Shown one piece after another: positions 54,427 to 63,902 of a DNA stretch of 64,000 nt; position 1 is the first letter of the stretch, and each line of letters begins with the position of its first letter. Position numbers and translations under genes: made by a program. Below the pieces are notes generated by a model, which was not told the origin of the DNA, searched no databases, and saw only the letters and a list, made by a program, of their open reading frames with translations. Location of the stretch: sequence record MW845758.1, one strand, 5' to 3'.

Positions 54427-54879
54427 ATGCTTACGGATGTGGAGATAGAGTGGGTGGCGGACGAGCAGACATTAGCTCAGGCAGACCATTCAGTGCTCTT
54501 AGGTATGTACCACCAATTCCTGGAAGAACACGGGAAACTGGTACTCGGTACAGACGTAGTGAATCCCAGTAAGTTATCGTTGTTGTGTGACGGTATCTGT
54601 CTGGTTGCTGCCCGATGGAAGGGCGGCTTAATCGGTTTTGTGACGTTCAGTCTAACGGAAACACGCAATATAGCGTTGCACGTTGTCTATACGTTACGCG
54701 AGCACCGTAGGTCGGGGGTTGCATCTGCACTGTTTGGGGAAATCATCAGAATGCATCCGGGAAGACGCATGGTGGCGGAAGTCTACCAGCGGAATCAACC
54801 CGCGTTACAGTTGTTCGCGAAACACTACTTCACTTTCGATTACTGCAAAGGCTGGGCTGATGCAGTTCGGGAACTTTAG
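54427..54879 (+). CDS. GNAT-family acetyltransferase 1
   Basis: VYTLREHRRSGVASALF (motif A) and VYQRNQPALQLF..YF (motif B). Confidence 0.8.
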   Translation: MLTDVEIEWVADEQTLAQADHSVLLGMYHQFLEEHGKLVLGTDVVNPSKLSLLCDGICLVAARWKGGLIGFVTFSLTETRNIALHVVYTLREHRRSGVASALFGEIIRMHPGRRMVAEVYQRNQPALQLFAKHYFTFDYCKGWADAVREL

Positions 54880-54890
54880 GAAATCCATAA

Positions 54891-55370
54891 ATGATTACCG
54901 TTAAGATTTTGGCAGACGTTCTATCCTTGACCGATTCACAGCAAAAGCAGTTGTTGGCATTACACTATAAATATTTGAACTACCAGCGCATGGTGCTGAA
55001 AGTCGATCACGCGGTGCCGGAAGTATCGGTGGCTGCGGTGTTCGCCGGTAACCAGTGTGCTGTTGCCTTTGATGAAGATAAAGTCGTTGGCTATTGCTTC
55101 TTCCGTGGCGCAGGTACGCAGATTGGTTTGCGATGCCTGTTCGTCTCAGAAGCGTATCGCCGTAAGTACGTGATGACCAATCTTCTGTCCGCCATCTCTG
55201 AAAGTCGTCAACACGAGTCTATCTCTGCTTCTGTGTTCCAAGAAAACTACCTCGGTGTGCAGCTGTTTAAAGCACTGGGCTTCGTGGACCAAGAAAGCAA
55301 CGGTTGGCTCGACTTTAAATTGAAAGTCAAAGCAGGCCTGCGTATTCCCGACGCACTGCAGTCTGCTTAA
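54891..55370 (+). CDS. GNAT-family acetyltransferase 2
   Basis: LFVSEAYRRKYVMTNLL and VFQENYLGVQLFKALGF. Confidence 0.8.
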   Translation: MITVKILADVLSLTDSQQKQLLALHYKYLNYQRMVLKVDHAVPEVSVAAVFAGNQCAVAFDEDKVVGYCFFRGAGTQIGLRCLFVSEAYRRKYVMTNLLSAISESRQHESISASVFQENYLGVQLFKALGFVDQESNGWLDFKLKVKAGLRIPDALQSA

Positions 55371-55448
55371 ATAGCACTTAGCTTCCCTTACGTATTGAGC
55401 CTATTACTCTGAGAGTGATTCGCTCTTTTTACGTAGGGGAAGCTTTTT

Positions 55449-55625
55449 ATGTTAAAACGCCAAATTGCTGTCAACACAAAATCCTCTGGTATCTGTACGG
55501 ATGTGTGTTGGTCGGAATACCAACGAGCAGCCCCGCTGCTACAGGAGTTTCTCAATGAGAAACAGCCATGCACCAAAAATGTCCCACCTCAGGATATTGC
55601 ATACGAACCGCCCCGAGCAGCGTGA
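55449..55625 (+). CDS. 58-aa hypothetical protein
   Basis: Manual: GGGGA RBS; MLKRQIAVNTKSSGICTDVCWSEYQRAAPLLQEFLNEKQ... Confidence 0.45.
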   Translation: MLKRQIAVNTKSSGICTDVCWSEYQRAAPLLQEFLNEKQPCTKNVPPQDIAYEPPRAA

Positions 55626-55884
55626 ACCGGACGAAGAACAGAAGGGACCACTTTATCTAACGTGGACACCGCCCTGCTCGTCACGGAACCGTTTTCTCAC
55701 CTTTCACGAAACCGAACTCAAACGTTTTTTTGGTTGGGAACACCGACGCTTTGTTAACGTTGGCACCATTGGCCACGTTGAATGGGGGATGAAGCCGCTT
55801 ACCGCTGCCATCATTTACAATCTCCCTGCTGTACGACACAAACTAAAACGAAGTTCGTGGTACACACACAACGTATTTGGATAA
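55579..55884 (+). CDS. Hypothetical protein (start uncertain)
   Basis: 3-prime part of ORF 55465..55884; overlaps the next gene by 8 nt. Confidence 0.45.
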   Translation: MSHLRILHTNRPEQREPDEEQKGPLYLTWTPPCSSRNRFLTFHETELKRFFGWEHRRFVNVGTIGHVEWGMKPLTAAIIYNLPAVRHKLKRSSWYTHNVFG

Positions 55885-56290
55885 GTTTATGGATAAAAAG
55901 AATATCCCATATCTGCGAGTCGACGATAACGGCGGGGATGATGTATTACCTGTCGATGCCACGAGTCGCATGTTACGCCATTGGATGCGCTATCTGCGTT
56001 ACGAGAACATCAACGGTGTTGGTGTTTCGGAAGTGGGTGTGCTCGTTGGCTTAAACCTTGAACACTTCGAGGTGAAGTATTTAAGGACCGACTTGTTGGT
56101 ACCGGCTATCTGGCGTGTTGCGTACATGTTCCAGTGGGCCAAGGTAGACATCGAGCGGACATGGGACAGTTTGGCGCATGACCAATCCCGCCTTCAGGTT
56201 ATGCATGTTATCGAGTTAATGCATCGCAAGGCGGTACCACATGAGGGCCTGGATGCCGTCTTTGCGAGTTGGCAGAAAAGGAACAAATAG
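55877..56290 (+). CDS. Hypothetical protein
   Basis: 137 aa; coupled to its neighbours. Confidence 0.65.
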   Translation: MDKFMDKKNIPYLRVDDNGGDDVLPVDATSRMLRHWMRYLRYENINGVGVSEVGVLVGLNLEHFEVKYLRTDLLVPAIWRVAYMFQWAKVDIERTWDSLAHDQSRLQVMHVIELMHRKAVPHEGLDAVFASWQKRNK

Positions 56291-56547
56291 TGGTTGACGA
56301 AGAAGGGGGATGGCTGGACAAGCTGGTCTTGCCGTTCCTTTCTAAAAAGCCGAAGGTGAAGAAAGAACCCGATTTAGCTTTTGCTGCAATGAGTGCGCTG
56401 GAAGTCGATATTGAGCGCACCTTAGCAGACCATGGCTACACGCAGGCGTTTGTCAGGGTAGATACCCACAAAACGATATTGCGGTTTGCAGGAACGAATC
56501 GTCGTTCCCCCATCACGGTTACAATACAAGTGGAGGAGGATTCGTGA
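56290..56547 (+). CDS. Hypothetical protein
   Basis: GTG overlapping the upstream TAG; AAAGGA RBS. Confidence 0.6.
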   Translation: MVDEEGGWLDKLVLPFLSKKPKVKKEPDLAFAAMSALEVDIERTLADHGYTQAFVRVDTHKTILRFAGTNRRSPITVTIQVEEDS

Positions 56548-56633
56548 GTGAAGAGCAACGAAAGCAGTTAAGTGTTATTGTCGCACGTTATGCCAATCGT
56601 TTGTTGAAAGAGATGAAAGAAAAGGATAAGTAA
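56544..56633 (+). CDS. 29-aa charged peptide
   Basis: Manual: GGAGGAGG RBS, GTGA overlap; SEEQRKQLSVIVARYANRLLKEMKEKDK*. Confidence 0.5.
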   Translation: MSEEQRKQLSVIVARYANRLLKEMKEKDK

Positions 56634-56634
56634 C

Positions 56635-57126
56635 ATGTTAACATTGCACGATGAGCTGACCATACGTCAGAATCTGTTTAATGCGCCTGAGCGCTATAAG
56701 GTTGTGACGGTCAACTGCGTTGGAGCAATGGGCAAGGGCATCGCTTTAGAATGCCGAGAACGACACACACAGCTCTATAACGACTACCGCGAACTTTGTA
56801 AAGCGGGGGATATCTCGATAGGTACGCTGACGACTTATCGTGACGAAGAAGTGATTTTGTTTCCTACCAAAGTCCATTTTAAAGACCCTACACAGGTGTC
56901 TTATGTAATCGCCGGTTTGTACCCCTTGGTCGAATTGGCTGAAACGCTGGAAGGCGGTATCGCACTACCACCACTCGGCATGGCAAATGGCTGGTTAAAG
57001 AAATGGCAACGCGTGGAGGTTTGGCAGGCGTTAAAAGAAATCATTCATCCTTTACAAGCAGAAGTCGTGATGTACCTTCCGACTGCACTGCTGACTGAAG
57101 CACAGCAAGTATTCAATCAAAAATAA
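56635..57126 (+). CDS. DarG-like macrodomain (ADP-ribosyl hydrolase)
   Basis: NLFNAP..VTVNCVGAMGKGIALE..LY..Y...C; FPTKVHFK; IALPPLGMANG. Confidence 0.85.
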   Translation: MLTLHDELTIRQNLFNAPERYKVVTVNCVGAMGKGIALECRERHTQLYNDYRELCKAGDISIGTLTTYRDEEVILFPTKVHFKDPTQVSYVIAGLYPLVELAETLEGGIALPPLGMANGWLKKWQRVEVWQALKEIIHPLQAEVVMYLPTALLTEAQQVFNQK

Positions 57127-57240
57127 CTCAGACAGATTTTATCAGCTTGAACTATCACACAGGAGTGAATTAGCTGGCCGCGCCGTTTAACAATAGTGAG
57201 AAACGGAAAAGAAATATATCCTTTTTGGAGAATGATGAGC

Positions 57241-57954
57241 ATGTATAAGTTTGCGTTAGCTATTCTGATGAGCGTGTTGAGCATGACTGCGTCCGCCTCG
57301 TATCAGACCGAGTTTGATGATCATTTACAACCGCGTTTTGAAAAGATGCAACCACTGATTTTAGAAGTGGCACGCCGTCAAAACGTTGACCCGGTCTTAC
57401 TGACCACCACTGTTTATACCGAATCCCGCTTTAATCCAGAAGCCAAGAACCGAAGGTCTTCTGCGCGTGGTGCCACACAGATGCTGAAAAGCACAAGGCT
57501 CGCGATGATTAAAAGGCACGGGAAAGAACTGGGCATTCCTCGCAATGCAGACATTCATGACCCTGAAGTGGCATTAAAGCTCGGGGCAGCGTACTTAAAG
57601 GACATTGAGAAGGATATGCGAACCGCGATGCGCCGTTCTCCTTCCAGTGGTGAAATTTACTTAGGATTCAAATACGGACCCGGCACAGCAGCTTCGCTTA
57701 TTAAAGCCGGTAAGCACCGCAAAAGCAACGGCACCATAGCCAAGTACCGGAAGGCCGCTGCCTTCTATGCCGACTTGACTCCAGCAACCCCTAAGAAGGT
57801 TGTCAAGAAGCACGTGCAGTTGGCTTTTGCGACGCCCGAGGATAACCTCAGCGATTTACAGGGTGTATGGAAATCCCTCTACGGGAACGCCGTACCGAAG
57901 CCTAACCCCGATGCGGTCATTGCATCAAACAGTTTATCCAGTCGATACTTTTAA
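57241..57954 (+). CDS. Secreted lytic transglycosylase (SLT/GH23-like)
   Basis: Signal MYKFALAILMSVLSMTASA; TESRFNP..ARGATQML; ALKLGAAYL; YGPG. Confidence 0.85.
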   Translation: MYKFALAILMSVLSMTASASYQTEFDDHLQPRFEKMQPLILEVARRQNVDPVLLTTTVYTESRFNPEAKNRRSSARGATQMLKSTRLAMIKRHGKELGIPRNADIHDPEVALKLGAAYLKDIEKDMRTAMRRSPSSGEIYLGFKYGPGTAASLIKAGKHRKSNGTIAKYRKAAAFYADLTPATPKKVVKKHVQLAFATPEDNLSDLQGVWKSLYGNAVPKPNPDAVIASNSLSSRYF

Positions 57955-57962
57955 GGAGTAAC

Positions 57963-58472
57963 ATGAATATTGTAGAACAGCCGTGGTATCCAAAGCTGGT
58001 CATCGCTGCCCAAGAGACAGCGAAGGACGTTTACCAGTTAGTGAAGTCTGGCGCGGACGAGGGCTTTGATGAAGTCTTCGCAGAACGTCATGACTTCTTT
58101 GATGCGTTCCCAAGTGCCTTTGGGGATGATGAAGAGGAGATGATTGAGTTCGACTGGAATGCGAACTTGGCGCTCCTGTGGATCTGCGGTCTGCGTCCTG
58201 TGCTGGAAGACACCGAAGTCGGTAAGGTTCTCCTGTGGTTGCCGAAAGCCGGCTACAACGAAGAGCTTATCTTCCGTCAGGCGTATATGGATGCGACGGT
58301 GGAACTGCAACGCATGTTCTTCGAGCACAACGAATACGCCCAGCGTAGCTTCCTGACCATTCTGGAAAAGCTGGCCCGTTGCCACGAAATCTGGCGTTCT
58401 GAAGAAGCCCCAGCGCATCAGTTCGTGTTCGAATACAAAGTGATTCCGAACGAACCGTTCTTCCAAGAGTAA
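57963..58472 (+). CDS. Hypothetical acidic protein
   Basis: 169 aa; RBS AAGGAG. Confidence 0.75.
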   Translation: MNIVEQPWYPKLVIAAQETAKDVYQLVKSGADEGFDEVFAERHDFFDAFPSAFGDDEEEMIEFDWNANLALLWICGLRPVLEDTEVGKVLLWLPKAGYNEELIFRQAYMDATVELQRMFFEHNEYAQRSFLTILEKLARCHEIWRSEEAPAHQFVFEYKVIPNEPFFQE

Positions 58473-58479
58473 TCGTTAA

Positions 58480-58512
58480 CCCGGTGGACTTCGGTCTGCC
58501 GGGCTTTTATTT
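58480..58512 (+). terminator. Intrinsic terminator
   Basis: CCCGGTGGAC-TTCG-GTCTGCCGGG then CTTTTATTTT. Confidence 0.8.
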
Positions 58513-58524
58513 TAAGGACTGACC

Positions 58525-58833
58525 GTGCCTGATATGCCCAAGTTATCTGCTGCTGCCACAAGTTGGCTTAGCCGTAATGAAGATTGGTTGATTCCTCTTC
58601 TACGTAAAGTGGAGCGCCTCGCACCTGCAAACAAATCGTACCTGCTCTACACCGTTATTTGGATGGTACTGATTACTGCCCCGTTTTTAATAGCGGGATT
58701 CTTTCTCCCTAAAACACCCATCGCCGTTATACTGCGCACGGCAGTGTATCTGATTTGGTTGGTATTAATGATGCCAGTGACCAAAGCCCTGATACAGCCC
58801 TTTGTGTATTGGCGATACACCAGGATGATGTAA
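58525..58833 (+). CDS. Two-TM membrane protein
   Basis: GTG start after AAGGA; two hydrophobic helices. Confidence 0.65.
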   Translation: MPDMPKLSAAATSWLSRNEDWLIPLLRKVERLAPANKSYLLYTVIWMVLITAPFLIAGFFLPKTPIAVILRTAVYLIWLVLMMPVTKALIQPFVYWRYTRMM

Positions 58834-59109
58834 ATGAAAACCCCCACCACGTTAGAACGCGCAGTCGGTCGAGATCTCCTTATCGTCCTTGCGTGTGCAA
58901 TAGGCCAGTTAGCGTACTCTGGCTTTGCTGTGTTCATTCTGTATCATTTCACGAAGGTTGATGCTGATGCACTACTGACGTGGTGGTTCGGCTATTTAGC
59001 GATTGGCGTACCAATCCTATCAGCCTATGTGGTGGATTACACCATCACACTCGAAGATCGCATCACTTACGGTCGCCGTAAAGATGATGTACCGTTGCAA
59101 AAACTCTAA
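58834..59109 (+). CDS. Two-TM membrane protein
   Basis: ATG directly after TAA; two hydrophobic helices. Confidence 0.65.
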   Translation: MKTPTTLERAVGRDLLIVLACAIGQLAYSGFAVFILYHFTKVDADALLTWWFGYLAIGVPILSAYVVDYTITLEDRITYGRRKDDVPLQKL

Positions 59110-59131
59110 ATAAACCGAAAGGATAATTGAC

Positions 59132-60055
59132 ATGTCATTACCATTAAACGTTATCGAACAACTCGCGCGTAAACTCCGTAACCGTGAAACCACCATCGCG
59201 CTGCAAGCGCTGAACGCCTATACCCGTGTGGCCCGTCGTGCATTGCTGCAAACGGGTGCCGGTTGCAGTGAAATCGATTTGATGGAAATTCGTACCAGTC
59301 AAATCGAACGCGTTCTGCCGCTGCCGTTTGCTGAACATGCGTTTGCTGACGACAGCAGCTACGTTGAGTTCGACGAACACCGTGTCGTTCCGGATGCAAT
59401 CAACGCAACCCCACACGGTCTGGAGTGGGTTATCGTTGCGCGTGGTGACGAAGGCAAAGACTACATCGTTGCAGCGCAAGACCCGCATGTCTTCGGTCTG
59501 GGTGAAGTGGTTACCGCGACTTCAATCAAACATTACGAAGACAGCTGCCCGGTTAAATACAATAACCTGATTCTGGCTTCGAACGTGGGTATCTACGTGA
59601 TTGAGAGCTGGCCGGATGCAGCACTCGTGTTGCGTGGTCTGTTCAGCCCGGTGGAGAACGAAGAGTTCACCATCGATGTCAACGTAACCCTCAGTGCCGA
59701 TACCGCCAGTCAGGTAGATGACCTGTCTCTGTCTAAAGAGCAGATGGTGCGTGCGGGCGGTGCAGTGATTCTGGGTGCTGGTCCTCTAAAGACTTCACGC
59801 CGTGCTATCGAAATTCCACAGGATGCCAGTGATGAGCAGGTCAGTCGCATCGTTGCTTTCATTGACACCGTCTTTGCCACTCCGATGCCTGAAGCTGAAG
59901 TGGAAGCAGAGCGTGATGCGCTGGTCGATCGTCTGTTCAGTCTTTACGAAGCAGACATCCGCCGTGCTGTCGGTACTGTGGAAGGGAGTGTCTCTGACAT
60001 CAAACTGCGTAAGGCGTTCAAAGACCACTTCATCAAGAAGTGGAAACTGAACTAA
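59132..60055 (+). CDS. Hypothetical protein
   Basis: 307 aa; strongly biased codon usage. Confidence 0.8.
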   Translation: MSLPLNVIEQLARKLRNRETTIALQALNAYTRVARRALLQTGAGCSEIDLMEIRTSQIERVLPLPFAEHAFADDSSYVEFDEHRVVPDAINATPHGLEWVIVARGDEGKDYIVAAQDPHVFGLGEVVTATSIKHYEDSCPVKYNNLILASNVGIYVIESWPDAALVLRGLFSPVENEEFTIDVNVTLSADTASQVDDLSLSKEQMVRAGGAVILGAGPLKTSRRAIEIPQDASDEQVSRIVAFIDTVFATPMPEAEVEAERDALVDRLFSLYEADIRRAVGTVEGSVSDIKLRKAFKDHFIKKWKLN

Positions 60056-60069
60056 TAAAATAAAGGTGA

Positions 60070-60108
60070 CCCACTCCTTCGGGAGTGGGCACTGCCTTAT
60101 TTTTTTTT
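60070..60108. terminator. Bidirectional intrinsic terminator
   Basis: CCCACTCC-TTCG-GGAGTGGG with A-tract left and T-tract right, between convergent genes. Confidence 0.85.
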
Positions 60109-60724
60109 AGTTGCTGGCGTTAGCCGCAACTATCGCTGTGAGTCTGTCCACGAGCGTTTGCAATTCCGTATTGCGAGCCGTCAAATCCGCGACCTGTTCA
60201 GAGAGAGGTGTCGTCTCACGAATCTTTGCTTTACGTTCTGCTTCCATCCGAACGTGGTCTTCATCGGATATCACACCTTCGTAAGCAAGGGTCGTCACCT
60301 GACCGTTAATCGTCACCCCCAGACCTTTCTCCAACACCGCTTGGGCATCAGCATTCAGGGCAGCGATGTCGACATAGTCCGGCACTGGGCCACAATCCCA
60401 CACCAACACATTACGCACGTAACTGACCCCGGCTGCACCGGGGTAGGTTTCAATGTAGGTGTCTGGAATATACACCACTTGTCCATCGTTGGACTTGAAG
60501 GTGATAATCGAGGCACCGGCATTTGCGTCGTCGAGGTAGTCAGAATTCGACACCCCGGCCGGTTGGTAGTAGGTTGCGTACGGGTCGATATTACGGCGTT
60601 GCAAATCCGTGAAGTTGCTGATAGCGTCCACACGGAACATCACATCCTGCGATAAGACAAACGGGTTGTTTATCTTAAAGACGCCTTCCGTGTTAATCGG
60701 GGGCGTTAAGGGAATACGTGCCAT
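60107..60724 (-). CDS. Putative virion protein
   Basis: 205 aa, C-terminal coiled coil; context inference only. Confidence 0.65.
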   Translation of the reverse strand: MARIPLTPPINTEGVFKINNPFVLSQDVMFRVDAISNFTDLQRRNIDPYATYYQPAGVSNSDYLDDANAGASIITFKSNDGQVVYIPDTYIETYPGAAGVSYVRNVLVWDCGPVPDYVDIAALNADAQAVLEKGLGVTINGQVTTLAYEGVISDEDHVRMEAERKAKIRETTPLSEQVADLTARNTELQTLVDRLTAIVAANASN

Positions 60725-60734
60725 TTACCCTCCC

Positions 60735-62114
60735 TTAAGCAGTGGCTGTGGTGTCTGTACCCCAGACCGCTTTACGTGCAATCACGCGATACTCAACGTT
60801 ATCGAATTCAAACACGTAGTAATAGATTTCCGGATTGGTGTCGTCCACCCCTTTGACCACATCAAGCGATGTGTCGTACGGATGGTACTCTTCCGCGGCC
60901 ACTAACGCTTCGAAGAACATCTTCAGCCAGTCGGTGGTGTTTTTGGAGACACGGGCAATGTCCGCATTCTGGGTTGAGATAAGCGCATAGTCCGGAATCA
61001 CCTTGTTCAGGGTATCCTTATCAATGGCATTCTCTGGACCCGCAATAACGACGCTTGCTAACGACTTGTAGATGCTTGGGAAGAACTGCACATCAGTCGT
61101 CGGAGCAGGCACTTCATTATTATTTTTTTGTGCAACAGTTTGGGACTCCCACTCACCAAATTGGGTAACTGCCTTCACAAGAAAATCATATGGGACCATG
61201 GGCGAATACAATGCCGCAATGTCTTCCTCGTTGGGGATACCACGGATGCTCCAACCCGGCACGAACGTGAACTTGGTCGTGGTGAAAATCTCAGGAAACA
61301 CTTTCACCCACTCCGACACTGGGTAGTCAGAGTTCTCGAGGATGTACTCTCGCAGCGCCTCTTTCTGCTTAGTCGGATTTAGCCCCGCACGACCATAGAT
61401 GAGTAAGGAGATGGGGACCAATAACGTTGCATCGTAGTCCTCACGATCGTGCCATGTATAATTATGGGTCGCCAGTGCGGTGTAGGGATATCCCGCTGCA
61501 CGGGCATTGATAGCTTGGTGGTGGTCAGGAAGGTTAAACGCTTCCATGGCCTTAGCCACCGCAGATTTAACACCCATGAACACATCCACCGGCGAGATTG
61601 GCATCTGCGGATAGATTTCGCAGCCGGTGTAGTTTTGATCGAAGTCAGCGTCATCGAACCACACAATCATTGTGTTATCGACATCAGCCGGGTCTTCAAC
61701 CCCGGACGCGGCAACGATCAGTTTCCAGCTGACCCAACGTGGGAACCAGTTCGAACCCGATGCTATCATCGAACCCGATTGTACATCGCCAATCGTGGTA
61801 TTGAACTGACCTAACAGGAGACGCTGGAACTCCACTTCATCATTTTTAAAGTTACCATTGATGGACTGGGTGTAAATCCATTGACTCAGAGTTAAGATGT
61901 GGTCTGAGAAGACCGAAGGAACAGTGATCGTTGTTTTGTCACGCTTCGACGTAAAGGCGACAAACTCCACCTGTAAGTTTGATTTGGTGAAGTATTGTTT
62001 GCTGCGCGCGAAGGAATGTGACTGTTCTGACAGCTCGCCCACGGCCGCTGTCTGACCGGGCTCGTTGTTAATCAGCGCCCCGATTTGGATAAAGCCTTGT
62101 ATATCTAAACTCAT
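60735..62114 (-). CDS. Putative virion protein
   Basis: 459 aa; no catalytic motif; context inference only. Confidence 0.65.
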   Translation of the reverse strand: MSLDIQGFIQIGALINNEPGQTAAVGELSEQSHSFARSKQYFTKSNLQVEFVAFTSKRDKTTITVPSVFSDHILTLSQWIYTQSINGNFKNDEVEFQRLLLGQFNTTIGDVQSGSMIASGSNWFPRWVSWKLIVAASGVEDPADVDNTMIVWFDDADFDQNYTGCEIYPQMPISPVDVFMGVKSAVAKAMEAFNLPDHHQAINARAAGYPYTALATHNYTWHDREDYDATLLVPISLLIYGRAGLNPTKQKEALREYILENSDYPVSEWVKVFPEIFTTTKFTFVPGWSIRGIPNEEDIAALYSPMVPYDFLVKAVTQFGEWESQTVAQKNNNEVPAPTTDVQFFPSIYKSLASVVIAGPENAIDKDTLNKVIPDYALISTQNADIARVSKNTTDWLKMFFEALVAAEEYHPYDTSLDVVKGVDDTNPEIYYYVFEFDNVEYRVIARKAVWGTDTTATA

Positions 62115-62138
62115 TATAAAAATACCTCGAGGTGAGCA

Positions 62139-62633
62139 ATGATCGCATCACTGATTAAAATTCTTCCGATCCTAAAATTGTTGATGGAAGTCTTTAAACC
62201 GGGTGACGGTGAAAATGTTACCCGCACAGCAAAAATTACTTCACTTGCAATAACCTTGTTACTCGTTTACGGCGGTTTCGTCTCTTACCTGTACTTCCAG
62301 CAATTTCATTTACTGGTGCAGGTGCGTGAACATGATCGCTATATGGAAACCGGCTACACCGAGAAGAAAGGACAGGTGGACAAGCAAGCGGACGACATAC
62401 GCGACCTGTATAAGCAGCTGTTTGTGTGTCTGGGCAAGGAGCCATATGATAGTTCGAAAAGTCCAGCAGTCTCGGCGGCTCTGATGCCGCCCCCACCTGT
62501 TGTTGCGCCCGAAGTGCCGGTTCATGCGAATCCGGCTCCCGTAAAGAAGCGTGACGCGGCCAAACGGCCAGTGGGGGTGTTAGAGACCAACGATTTCCGT
62601 CAGTCTATTATTGACCATTTAAATGGGGAATGA
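62139..62633 (+). CDS. Inner-membrane spanin-like (Rz-like) protein
   Basis: One TM (ITSLAITLLLVYGGFVSYLYF), then a helical segment and Pro-rich linker; ATGA overlap with a lipoprotein gene. Confidence 0.6.
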   Translation: MIASLIKILPILKLLMEVFKPGDGENVTRTAKITSLAITLLLVYGGFVSYLYFQQFHLLVQVREHDRYMETGYTEKKGQVDKQADDIRDLYKQLFVCLGKEPYDSSKSPAVSAALMPPPPVVAPEVPVHANPAPVKKRDAAKRPVGVLETNDFRQSIIDHLNGE

Positions 62634-63109
62634 CCATGAAGCCTTATTGTCTCGCCCTCGCTCTGTTCTTCCTGACAGGGTGCGGTCTCGATGGCACTAA
62701 GGGTACTATGCCGGCTCCGCAGCGCGGGTGGCCGGCTAGGCAAATGGACAGTCCGCCTTTCGCTGCGAAGTATCCTTTGGGGAACGACGATCAGAAAGCG
62801 TTTGAGACATATGTTATCGATGTGAATGTATACGCGTATTACGTCTATACCTACGCTCGTAGTCTTAACGAGTATGTCAAAGCGCGAGGCTGGCATCCGC
62901 CGAAAGTAGCACCTTTGTGCGAAGAGTTCGAAACACCTGATTTGCATCCCATCCCTGAACGCATCACGCTCGATCGTAACTCCCGAACCCCGGAACAAAT
63001 CAGCCAAGACTTGGCCAACCAGTTCCGTCAGATTCTGGACAACTACCGAACCGACCGTAAAGCGTTCCGGCACAACTTCGCAGAACATGAGAAGACGTGT
63101 CTGAACTGA
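62630..63109 (+). CDS. Outer-membrane spanin-like (Rz1-like) lipoprotein
   Basis: Lipobox FLTG-C; Pro-rich N-terminus. Confidence 0.6.
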   Translation: MTMKPYCLALALFFLTGCGLDGTKGTMPAPQRGWPARQMDSPPFAAKYPLGNDDQKAFETYVIDVNVYAYYVYTYARSLNEYVKARGWHPPKVAPLCEEFETPDLHPIPERITLDRNSRTPEQISQDLANQFRQILDNYRTDRKAFRHNFAEHEKTCLN

Positions 63110-63113
63110 GTGT

Positions 63114-63156
63114 ACCCCTTACTGCCTTCGGGTGGTAAGGGGTCTCTTTTATTTTA
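63114..63156 (+). terminator. Intrinsic terminator
   Basis: ACCCCTTACTGCC-TTCG-GGTGGTAAGGGGT then CTCTTTTATTTT. Confidence 0.85.
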
Positions 63157-63200
63157 CATCATCAACATTTCTAATGTATATCAACAGGAGCGCGTTAATA

Positions 63201-63902
63201 ATGAGAAACGTCAAGATTCCCTCTATCGTAGTTGGAGTGGATGCCGAAACTAAATCCTTACGCCCGGATGCGTACATTCTCTCAATCGGTCAGGCAGCTT
63301 TTGATGTTGCCACGCTGCGTCTGATTGGGGCCGCTTACACCGCAATCGATCCTAACGACCCGGAGGCTTCCAAAGTCTTCCACACTGACCCGTCAACTAT
63401 CGGGTGGTGGGAAGGTAAAGACCGTCCCGAGTATGCCCCGTCTGAAGCTGCCCGTCTGGAAGCGTTCTCTGGTACCACGAACATTCGTGATGCACTGTGG
63501 AATGCCAAGAAGTTCTTGGACAGCCTCGGCGACAAAGATATCGTGCTGACCATGCGTGGCCCAGACTTTGATGCGCCTATCCTGATGAATGCGTTTGCAC
63601 AGTGCGACGTACCGCCGGGTAAATTCCGTAAGTTCTCCATGCTCGATTCAGACCGTACTGCTGAGCGTTTTGCTGCAGCGTTTGGTTTGGACCCGGATAT
63701 GGATGCGGAAGCGCACAACTGGACACGCGGTAAAGACTATATTGAACACCATGCCGGGTTCGATGCCGCCAAAGAAGGGTATATGACTGCGCGTCTGTAC
63801 CACTTGGCGCTTATCGCCCGTACTCACGGTTTCCCACGCATGCTCGAGGCACATGAGCAACTGCGTACCGGCGAGTACATCCCGACCATGTTCTTGGAGT
63901 AA
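63201..63902 (+). CDS. DEDDh 3-prime-5-prime exonuclease/exoribonuclease
   Basis: VDAET..ILSIG, STIGWW, RGPDFD.PIL, DSDRT, HHAGFDA; start MRNVK after AGGAG. Confidence 0.85.
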   Translation: MRNVKIPSIVVGVDAETKSLRPDAYILSIGQAAFDVATLRLIGAAYTAIDPNDPEASKVFHTDPSTIGWWEGKDRPEYAPSEAARLEAFSGTTNIRDALWNAKKFLDSLGDKDIVLTMRGPDFDAPILMNAFAQCDVPPGKFRKFSMLDSDRTAERFAAAFGLDPDMDAEAHNWTRGKDYIEHHAGFDAAKEGYMTARLYHLALIARTHGFPRMLEAHEQLRTGEYIPTMFLE

